From Acutalibacteraceae bacterium (GTDB lineage: Bacteria > Bacillota > Clostridia > Oscillospirales > Acutalibacteraceae), in assembly GCA_045634325.1 (NCBI GenBank), contig JAZRAA010000040.1:33002-97001 (forward strand): a stretch of 64,000 nt of DNA, written 5' to 3'. Each line of letters begins with the position of its first letter. The first letter of the stretch is position 1. A program made the translations under genes and the position numbers. Below, piece after piece: positions 57,224 through 64,000 of the stretch. The notes under the pieces are model-generated. The model ran no database searches. It was given only the letters and a program-made list of their open reading frames with translations, and had not been told where the DNA came from.

Positions 57224-58381
57224 TTGAAAATTATCTATTTAGACAACAGTGCTACCACCGCCGTGTGCCCGCAATCGGCACAAAAAGCGGTACATATCAT
57301 GCAAGAATGTTATGGCAACCCCTCTTCTTTGCACCGTTTAGGATTCGAAGCGGAAAAAGAAATCAACGCCGCCAAAGAAGTCGTTGCCGACATGATGGGC
57401 GTGCCCGCTCGTGATGTATATTTCACCTCCGGCGGCACCGAGGCAAACAACACCGCCGTTTTGGGTGCCGCACGCGCACTTGCGCGACGCGGCAAACACA
57501 TCGTCACCACCGCTGTGGAACATTCTTCGGTTGCGGCAGCGTGCGATTTGCTGGAAAAAGAAGGATTTGTCGTCACACGTCTCACCCCTGACGAAAACGG
57601 CTGTATTACACCCGGAGCAATCGCTGCCGCCTGCCGTGAAGACACCGTTGTGGTATCCATTATGTTGGTCAACAACGAAACCGGTGCGCGATTCCATCCC
57701 GAACTGGCGGTTCCGCTCATTCGCAAACGCGCTCCGCTCGCCTTCATCCACTGTGATGCAGTGCAAGCCGCGGGTAAATTGCCGTTACACGGTGCAAAAT
57801 GGCAACTGGATGCCATGACCGTTTCCGCACACAAATTGCATGGTCCGAAAGGATGCGGCGCACTGTATCTGCGACGCGGTGCACGTATGAAACCGTTGCT
57901 ACTGGGCGGCAAACAACAAGAAAGTGTGCGTCCCGGTACCGAAGCGGTACCACTGATTGCCGCTTTCGGCGAAGCAGTAAAAGCTTTACCCTCCCTGTCA
58001 GCGCAAACGGAACATTTTAAAAACTTACGCGACCATCTGGTCGGACGTTTATCTACGCTTGAAGAAGTTGTGCTGCATCTGCCGCAAGACGGCGTGCCGT
58101 ATATCATACATCTGTCTGCAGTAGGCCTGCGCAGTGAAACCGTGTTGCATTTCTTATCCGAGCGGGGCATATTCGTATCCAGCGGTTCCGCTTGCTCCAA
58201 AGGTGCGAAAAGCCCCGTATTAACCGCTATGGGACTGCCCTCGGCGGAGATTGACAGTGCTATTCGTGTCAGCTTGTGTCATACCAATACCGCGCAAGAT
58301 ATAGACGCCTTTGCAGACGCCCTTTCACTTGCCATTCAAACCATTGCCAGAAAAAAAGGAGCTTCCAATCATGAATCGTGA
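57224..58381 (+). CDS. class V aminotransferase-fold cysteine desulfurase (NifS/NifZ-like, ThiI partner)
   Basis: IYLDNSATT, PLP lysine block SAHKLHGPKG and catalytic loop SSGSACS. The TTG at 57224 is preferred (GGAG 8 nt upstream); the GTG at 57218 is too close to the SD. Confidence 0.88.
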   Translation: MKIIYLDNSATTAVCPQSAQKAVHIMQECYGNPSSLHRLGFEAEKEINAAKEVVADMMGVPARDVYFTSGGTEANNTAVLGAARALARRGKHIVTTAVEHSSVAAACDLLEKEGFVVTRLTPDENGCITPGAIAAACREDTVVVSIMLVNNETGARFHPELAVPLIRKRAPLAFIHCDAVQAAGKLPLHGAKWQLDAMTVSAHKLHGPKGCGALYLRRGARMKPLLLGGKQQESVRPGTEAVPLIAAFGEAVKALPSLSAQTEHFKNLRDHLVGRLSTLEEVVLHLPQDGVPYIIHLSAVGLRSETVLHFLSERGIFVSSGSACSKGAKSPVLTAMGLPSAEIDSAIRVSLCHTNTAQDIDAFADALSLAIQTIARKKGASNHES

Positions 58382-59909
58382 TTTCAATGAAAAAGAATAC
58401 GCAGCGGTTGAGCAAGAGATATGGGATTTGCTGAAAAAAATGCAAGAAAAATCCTTGTCCACAAAGACCGAGCAAGAGAAGAAACCGACAAGCGAAAAAA
58501 TCCTGCCGGAATTGCCCGACACGCCCAACCCCGATTTTGTAGATGCACCGCTCATATTACCTCTTGCCAATGAGCAACTGCATCCTGCAAGTGCCACCGT
58601 CAACAACGCAACACAAACAGATAAAAACAAACCCGCAAACAAACGTAGCACGGGTCTGCGCAATATGTTCCCCTCCAAATCCGACTCCATCGGTGAAAAG
58701 ATGCGCAAATGCGTATTCTTGATTTGTCTGCTATTATGTATCGTCTCGTTATGCTTTTTAAGCTATTACATGGTCGTTGAACCCAAACAAGTGGAAACCA
58801 AAAACCAGCAGTACTTAGCACTATATACCGAGCAACCCGTCAACACGACCCCCAACACCAACACCTATCCCGATGGAATGCAATCCTCTTTCCGTGGGTT
58901 ATACGACGTCAATCCCGACATCGCAGGTTGGTTGAGTTTCGCTTCCAAAGGCACCGATGCATTTTTGCGTGTCAATCTGCCGGTGGTACATTGCGACAAT
59001 AACGACACCTATTTGTCCCGCTCGTTTGACGGTGAACAAAGCCGTTCAGGTACACTGTTTTTTGATGCAAGTAACAGCATTGCCAAAGATACCGATAACA
59101 AAGTCAGCATCATCTACGGGCACAACATGGCAAGCGGTGCTATGTTTGCAGGACTAAACAAACTGGTAGATAACGTCTACCGCGCACGTGCTGCTACCAC
59201 TATTTCACTCAACACGTTGTATGACACGCAACAGTATCAAGTGTTTGCAGTGTTGGTGTGTGATGAAGATGCAACCGGCGATGCCTATTTCCCGTATCTG
59301 CGCACCTCATTTGACACAGAAGCCGAGTTCCTCGAATATGTGTCCAATTTGCGTGCACGTTCTATGTACAATTACCCCATCACCGTCAGCGGTGATGACC
59401 AGTTGTTGATTCTGTCCACCTGCACCAACAAAAGTCAGGTCAAAATCAGTAACGGCAGATTGGTGGTAGTAGCGCGCCGTGTGAAAAAAGGCGAAAACGC
59501 GCAAATGAATACCAATCTCATCACACAAAACGAAGATGCGATTATGCCGTATGCCTGGTATACCGCACAACAGTTGTCCCCCCACGCATTTTACACCGAA
59601 AAGAACTATACGGTACAAAACGAAGGTAACGTTGTAACGGCAACTACCACTCCCCCTACGACCACTACCGACGTTGCAACCACTACTACCAATACCACAA
59701 CTACGAGAAAAAAAGTCGTGGCAAAAAACAACAAAACGACTAAAACGAAAGCTACCACAACAACGGTAAAAACTACCACTACTGTAGCGACCACAACCAC
59801 AACTACGACTGCAACTACGACTGCAACTACGACTGCAACGACTACAGCGAACACAACTACTGCTGCTACCGGCAGTCAAACCACCCAAACGGAAGGAACA
59901 ACCACATGA
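58371..59909 (+). CDS. class B sortase-family transpeptidase with long cytoplasmic N-terminus, one TM and a Thr-rich C-terminal tail
   Basis: Catalytic His (IIYGHNM), Cys (LILSTCT) and Arg (VVVARR) lie in SrtB-like order. TM is CVFLICLLLCIVSLCFLSYYMVV. ATG 58371 has an AAGGAG SD, overlaps the desulfurase end by 11 nt, and its stop overlaps the thiI ATG (ATGA). Confidence 0.8.
   Translation: MNRDFNEKEYAAVEQEIWDLLKKMQEKSLSTKTEQEKKPTSEKILPELPDTPNPDFVDAPLILPLANEQLHPASATVNNATQTDKNKPANKRSTGLRNMFPSKSDSIGEKMRKCVFLICLLLCIVSLCFLSYYMVVEPKQVETKNQQYLALYTEQPVNTTPNTNTYPDGMQSSFRGLYDVNPDIAGWLSFASKGTDAFLRVNLPVVHCDNNDTYLSRSFDGEQSRSGTLFFDASNSIAKDTDNKVSIIYGHNMASGAMFAGLNKLVDNVYRARAATTISLNTLYDTQQYQVFAVLVCDEDATGDAYFPYLRTSFDTEAEFLEYVSNLRARSMYNYPITVSGDDQLLILSTCTNKSQVKISNGRLVVVARRVKKGENAQMNTNLITQNEDAIMPYAWYTAQQLSPHAFYTEKNYTVQNEGNVVTATTTPPTTTTDVATTTTNTTTTRKKVVAKNNKTTKTKATTTTVKTTTTVATTTTTTTATTTATTTATTTANTTTAATGSQTTQTEGTTT
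59637..59906 (+). repeat. Thr-rich low-complexity tail coding region, including a perfect 3 x 12-nt tandem repeat (59801-59836)
   Basis: Codes TATTTPPTTTTDVATTTTNTTTT...TTTTTTATTTATTTATTTANTTTAATGSQTTQTEGTTT. The unit aactacgactgc repeats three times. Confidence 0.85.
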
Positions 59910-61087
59910 ATGATACTGTATTAAAAGAAATTCTACTGATAAAAAACGGCGAACTGGCACTCAAAGGTTTGAACCGCGGCACGTTTGAAGCGGTGCTGGT
60001 GAAAAACCTACGATACCGCCTTCGTAAACTGGGACAGTTTACCATTCGTAAGGCCCAATCCACCATTTATATTGAACCCTCCAGCCCCGATGCCGATTTG
60101 GATGCGGCAGTGGATGCGATATCCCGCGTGTTCGGTATTGCCGGATTCTCCCGCGCTTGCGTCACCGAAAAAGACATCGATGCCATCGGCAAAGCGGCTA
60201 TTCAGTATTTGGAAAACGAGTTATGCGCCGCCTCCAGCTTTAAAGTGGAGTCCAAGCGAGCCGACAAGTCATTCACCTTTACATCTCCTGAAATCAGCCG
60301 AGAAATCGGTGGCAGAATTTTAGAGCATTATTCGCATCTGCGGGTAGACGTGCACGCCCCTGATATCACGGTGTATGTAGAGATTCGAGATTTCGGTGCT
60401 TATATACATGCGCCACAGTTGCCTGGTGCCGGTGGTATGCCGGTAGGTACCGGCGGCAAATGCGGTATCCTCATTTCCGGCGGCATCGACTCTCCCGTTG
60501 CAGCTTATATGATGGCAAAACGCGGTATTGAACTGACCGGTATTCATTTTGCCTCTCCCCCGTATACCAGTGAACGCGCCGAGCAAAAGGTTATCGACCT
60601 TTTGAAACAGGTTTCCACTTATGCAGGGCGCATTCCGTTGCATATCGTACCGTTCACGCATATTCAAGAAGAAATTCAGCGCAACTGCCCCGAAGAATAT
60701 TTCACACTGATTATGCGACGGTTTATGATGCGGCTCGCCTGTCGTATCGCCAAAGCACAAGGATGCGGCGCACTTATCACAGGCGAAAGTGTCGGACAGG
60801 TAGCCAGTCAAACAATCCCCGCACTCGCTTGCACCGATGCCGTGACCGACCTGCCGATGTTCCGTCCAGTCATTGGCATGGATAAAGAGGAAATCGTGCG
60901 TATTTCCCGTAAAATCGGTACATTTGATATTTCCATTCAACCGTTTGAGGATTGTTGTACCGTGTTTACACCCCGCCATCCCTGCACCCGCCCCAAAGTA
61001 GAGGCGGTTGCCAAAGCCGAAAGTGTTTTAGACATTGACGGGTTGGTAGAAGAAGCATTAGCGGGCGTGCGCATCATAAAAATTTGA
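59906..61087 (+). CDS. thiI: tRNA 4-thiouridine(8) synthase ThiI (no rhodanese domain)
   Basis: 393 aa with a THUMP region and the PP-loop SGGIDSPVAAY. Confidence 0.94.
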   Translation: MNDTVLKEILLIKNGELALKGLNRGTFEAVLVKNLRYRLRKLGQFTIRKAQSTIYIEPSSPDADLDAAVDAISRVFGIAGFSRACVTEKDIDAIGKAAIQYLENELCAASSFKVESKRADKSFTFTSPEISREIGGRILEHYSHLRVDVHAPDITVYVEIRDFGAYIHAPQLPGAGGMPVGTGGKCGILISGGIDSPVAAYMMAKRGIELTGIHFASPPYTSERAEQKVIDLLKQVSTYAGRIPLHIVPFTHIQEEIQRNCPEEYFTLIMRRFMMRLACRIAKAQGCGALITGESVGQVASQTIPALACTDAVTDLPMFRPVIGMDKEEIVRISRKIGTFDISIQPFEDCCTVFTPRHPCTRPKVEAVAKAESVLDIDGLVEEALAGVRIIKI

Positions 61088-61114
61088 CCGATTTGAGATG
61101 AAAGGAGGGACAGC

Positions 61115-62848
61115 ATGGCACAAACGATATCCACTGCCATTCATGAAACGGCACAAAAAGCGGTAGATGTTTTGTGTGCGAAAGCACTCACCGTTTCCAC
61201 CGCGGAATCCTGTACTGCCGGACTGCTGTCCGCCGCCATCACCGAAATAGCCGGTGCGTCCGCTGTTTTTGGTTGCGGGATTGCGGCATATTCTCCTGCT
61301 ATCAAACAACAGCTTTTAGAAGTGCCCGCCGCTATATTGGAAGCGCACGGCACTGTTAGTAGTGAAACCGCCACCGCCATGGCAGACGGTGTGCGCCGCA
61401 AAAGCGGCGCAGATATAGGTGTTGCCATTACCGGTGTCGCAGGACCTGCACAAAGCGAGGGAAAACCCGTGGGTACAGTGCACATCGCACTCTCCGACAA
61501 AAACCGTGTGTGGCTGACACAATTACCCACGCAAGATGGTCCGCAAACCCGTGAGAATATTCGCAATGCGGCTGTATTGACCGCACTTTCCCTCATACTG
61601 CAATATGCAGAAAATTTCCCACTGATGATGGCGGGCAGCATACCGATTGTGCAAGCCGAAAAAACACAGGTGGTCATCCCCGAACAACCTACCACCCATC
61701 AGCACAAGCCCTTTTTGGCCACTATTTTTCCGTGGCAAGGCGATTCCATTAAAGAAAAATTATACAAAGCGGGCGGAGCTTTTGCCGCACTGTGTGTTTT
61801 AGTGGGAATTGTTTCAAGTGGGTATCAGCTGTTTTCAGAAAGCGGTAATCGCTCGCTGTACAGCGACTTGCAAGATATGTATACCACCGAACAATCCCAA
61901 GCATCAACGCCTTCCGACCCTAAAAATATTCTTCCGCGTTTTTCCTCGCTGAGACTGCAAAATGCGGATATCGGCGGTTGGATACGCATTGCCGACACCG
62001 GCATCAACTATCCCGTGATGAAAAATGCGGGCAGTAATTTTTACGCAGACCACAATTTCCGCCAACAAGCATCTGCTTATGGCGTGCCTTTTCTGGATAA
62101 AGATAACCACTTGGCATCAGCAGAGAGCCAAGACAAAGTATTGGTCGTCTACGGCAACAACACAGAAGACGGACAGATGTTTTCGGATTTGCTGTCCTAC
62201 CGTGACCCGAACTTTTTCAAAAACCACGCCGTAGTAGAAATGAGCACCTTATATGCGGCTGAACAATGGGAATTGTTTGCCGTGATGGTCATTGACCCAC
62301 AAGAAGTCAACGCATTTGCATTTAATCAAACAACATTTGAAGACCATCAGGCTTTCACCGACCATATCGTAGGGATACGCAAGCGCTCCTTGCTCAACAC
62401 CAACGTCACCGTAAACCCCGACGACCGTCTGTTAGTACTGGTAACGCAAGCAGAAAAGACATATGGATTTGACGGGGCAACTTTTGTGGTGGTAGGCAAA
62501 CGGCTGACCCAATCGAATACGGCAAGCAAGAAAGAACCTTTGACCGTCAAAAAGAACCAGACGGTTATTATGCCGCGTGCATGGGTGCGTAACCAACAGA
62601 ACACCGTCACCAAGCACACTACCGCTTCCAAGACGCAAAATACAACCACGACCACCTCGGCAGAAACTACCACGAATGCCACATCGACAACCACCCATAC
62701 GCAACCGACGACCACCGATGTGACCATTTCTACTACCGATACAACCTCCTCTACACAAGGCACCACTACCGCAGACACGGCGGCTACCCAATCACAAACC
62801 ACTATAACGACGACAACAACCGAGTCTGCTCTATCCGAAAATACTTAA
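61115..62848 (+). CDS. fusion protein: CinA C-terminal/PncC-type nicotinamide-nucleotide amidohydrolase domain + TM + catalytically degenerate sortase-B-like domain + Thr-rich tail
   Basis: Residues 1 to about 165 are TAESCTAGLLSAAIT...GVAITGVAGP (CinA/PncC). TM is GGAFAALCVLVGIVSSGYQLF. The ectodomain is paralogous to the upstream sortase, but the His block reads VVYGNNT and the Cys block reads LVLVTQA. AAAGGAGGG SD. Confidence 0.75.
   Translation: MAQTISTAIHETAQKAVDVLCAKALTVSTAESCTAGLLSAAITEIAGASAVFGCGIAAYSPAIKQQLLEVPAAILEAHGTVSSETATAMADGVRRKSGADIGVAITGVAGPAQSEGKPVGTVHIALSDKNRVWLTQLPTQDGPQTRENIRNAAVLTALSLILQYAENFPLMMAGSIPIVQAEKTQVVIPEQPTTHQHKPFLATIFPWQGDSIKEKLYKAGGAFAALCVLVGIVSSGYQLFSESGNRSLYSDLQDMYTTEQSQASTPSDPKNILPRFSSLRLQNADIGGWIRIADTGINYPVMKNAGSNFYADHNFRQQASAYGVPFLDKDNHLASAESQDKVLVVYGNNTEDGQMFSDLLSYRDPNFFKNHAVVEMSTLYAAEQWELFAVMVIDPQEVNAFAFNQTTFEDHQAFTDHIVGIRKRSLLNTNVTVNPDDRLLVLVTQAEKTYGFDGATFVVVGKRLTQSNTASKKEPLTVKKNQTVIMPRAWVRNQQNTVTKHTTASKTQNTTTTTSAETTTNATSTTTHTQPTTTDVTISTTDTTSSTQGTTTADTAATQSQTTITTTTTESALSENT
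62618..62825 (+). repeat. Thr-rich low-complexity tail coding region
   Basis: Codes TTASKTQNTTTTTSAETTTNATSTTTHTQPTTTDVTISTTDTTSSTQGTTTADTAATQSQTTITTTTTE. Confidence 0.8.
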
Positions 62849-62890
62849 AAAAAGCGGTTTCACCGTCCAAGACGGTGAAACCGCTTTTTA
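62847..62890. terminator. bidirectional rho-independent terminator
   Basis: Perfect 15-bp stem AGCGGTTTCACCGTC/GACGGTGAAACCGCT (62853-62885), flanked by AAAAAA and TTTT. Confidence 0.88.
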
Positions 62891-62891
62891 C

Positions 62892-63518
62892 TTATTCTTC
62901 TTTTTGTTTTTCCCAAGGAATGATGCACAGCGCTTCCGCAACCGGCTCTCGCATCCACAAAGAAGGCGTGATACGCAATGTAAAACCATTACCCGCATTT
63001 GCCACACAATCTCCCATGGACAACTTGGGCAACGCATAGGTCATCATCAACATCATAATCACACCGCCGTGGGTGCAAATGACCGCCTCGGTATCTCCGC
63101 TACGCATCAGTTCTTCTACCACCGCCTCAAAAGCCGCCGTCACACGTGCACAAAACGTCTCGGTAGACTCACCGCCCGGAATCACTTGGGACGTGCCCTC
63201 CATCCATTCCAGAAAATCAGCACTGTTTTTGAGTTGCGCAATACTTTTGCCTTCCCACGCCCCGAAATCACATTCGGTCAATCCTTCTACCACTTCCAAT
63301 TTTGCTTGCGGATACAACACCTTCATCGTCTGTTTGCAACGATTGAGCGGTGCAGTAAAAAAGCGTGCGGCACCGGGATATTCCATCTGTTCTTTTAAAG
63401 TCAGAAGTTCTTTTAACCCCTCCGGTGATAACGGTAAATCGGTTCTGCCAATATACAATCCTTCCGTATTCGCGGCGGTTTGCCCGTGGCGAATGAGATG
63501 AATTTTGTAAGTTTTCAT
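62892..63518 (-). CDS. histidine phosphatase (phosphoglycerate mutase-like) family protein
   Basis: RHG motif (IHLIRHGQT) and a second catalytic His region (ICTHGGV). ATG 63516-63518 with GGAGGA 7 nt upstream. Confidence 0.8.
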   Translation of the reverse strand: MKTYKIHLIRHGQTAANTEGLYIGRTDLPLSPEGLKELLTLKEQMEYPGAARFFTAPLNRCKQTMKVLYPQAKLEVVEGLTECDFGAWEGKSIAQLKNSADFLEWMEGTSQVIPGGESTETFCARVTAAFEAVVEELMRSGDTEAVICTHGGVIMMLMMTYALPKLSMGDCVANAGNGFTLRITPSLWMREPVAEALCIIPWEKQKEE

Positions 63519-63551
63519 CAAAATTTCCTCCTAATTGTTGCAATTTGACGA

Positions 63552-63580
63552 TTTACAAATGGTATCATTTATTATATAAT
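63552..63580 (+). promoter_or_regulatory. sigma-A promoter for the XRE-family regulator (TTTACA-N17-TATAAT)
   Basis: TTTACA at 63552-63557, a 17-nt spacer and TATAAT at 63575-63580. Confidence 0.45.
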
Positions 63581-63629
63581 AATTAAACTCACTGTAATTT
63601 TTTTGAGAAAAATCTTTGGAGGATTCCCC

Positions 63630-64000
63630 ATGAACAGTACGTTCCCACGACTAATTACCCTCTTGCGCAAAGAACAGGGTATTAGTCAGAAAAAAGCATC
63701 TGCGGACTTGGGTATTTCGCAGGCATTGCTTTCTCACTATGAAAAAGGTATCCGCGAATGCGGTTTGGATTTTGTAGTACGTATTGCCGATTACTATGGT
63801 GTTTCTTGTGACTATCTGCTGGGTCGCACCGCTGACAAAAGCGGTGCTATGATTGCCGTAGACGATATTCCCGAAAACGACCCTGCGATACAAGACAGCC
63901 GTTTAAGAGGCGGCGTGCTGCCGGTCCTCAACAAAAAATTGGTTGTCAACTCCCTACATATCCTGTTCGATATGTTGCAAAAATGCAATAACAAAGCCCT
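63630..64000 (+). CDS. XRE-family helix-turn-helix transcriptional regulator (3' end outside window)
   Basis: ATG 63630 with GGAGGA at 63618-63623. HTH is LRKEQGISQKKASADLGISQALLSHYEKG. The frame stays open to the window end. It is absent from the ORF track because no stop is reached. Confidence 0.8.
   Translation, partial: MNSTFPRLITLLRKEQGISQKKASADLGISQALLSHYEKGIRECGLDFVVRIADYYGVSCDYLLGRTADKSGAMIAVDDIPENDPAIQDSRLRGGVLPVLNKKLVVNSLHILFDMLQKCNNKA

Noticed and set aside
59307-59960. 217-aa and 82-aa minus-strand ORFs (59307-59960, 59606-59854; also 62347-62802 and 23210-23563 on the opposite strands of other Thr tracts).
   Set aside because: The complement of ACN Thr codons gives NGT codons (Val/Gly/Ser/Cys) with no stops, so these are automatic artefacts of the Thr-rich coding tracts.
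62892-64000. XRE-family regulator plus histidine phosphatase considered as the edge of a prophage, toxin-antitoxin or mobile island.
   Set aside because: No integrase, transposase, repeat boundary or toxin-like ORF is visible, and the regulator runs off the window. The evidence is insufficient.

Overview
This 64-kb window is a chromosomal core segment with gene content and order typical of Firmicutes/Clostridia. The conserved blocks are yqeG-rpsU-leuS-rsfS-nadD/yqeK-yhbY, plsX-rnc-smc-ftsY, dprA-topA-trmFO, infC-rpmI-rplT, rimP-nusA-ylxR-ylxQ-infB-rbfA-nrnA-truB-ribF, rnfCDGEAB, ecfA1-ecfA2-ecfT-truA and ruvCAB. I call 68 protein-coding genes, two of them partial at the window edges and two below the ORF-track size cutoff (rpsU and a 48-codon Gln/Asn-rich ORF). 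About 80 percent of the genes are on the minus strand, in very tight arrays with 13 ATGA stop/start overlaps. Reading by eye, I found no rRNA, tRNA, CRISPR array, transposase, integrase or obvious defence genes. Many ORF-track entries carry spurious N-terminal extensions, so I trimmed them to the internal start that has a Shine-Dalgarno sequence and abuts the upstream stop.

The most interesting signals are:
- A five- to six-gene extracytoplasmic flavinylation module sits directly on the 3' end of rnfCDGEAB. It comprises an internally duplicated lipoprotein with FMN-binding-like domains carrying an AGCT variant motif, ApbE, a second FMN-binding protein, a NusG-II protein, a Gx transporter and a HAD hydrolase.
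- A cysteine desulfurase-thiI tRNA thiolation operon is interleaved with two paralogous membrane sortase-B-fold proteins. One looks catalytically intact. The other is a CinA/PncC fusion whose sortase domain has lost the catalytic His and Cys.
- An orphan micro-ORF about 80 percent Gln/Asn has its own SD and a terminator.
- A G9 homopolymer lies exactly at the rnfG/rnfE junction.
- Three fusion genes are present: ribF-HAD, nadD-yqeK and the Zn-ribbon Clp ATPase.
- Leader attenuators lie upstream of infC and rimP-nusA.

All functional calls come from motif recognition by eye. No database search was run.
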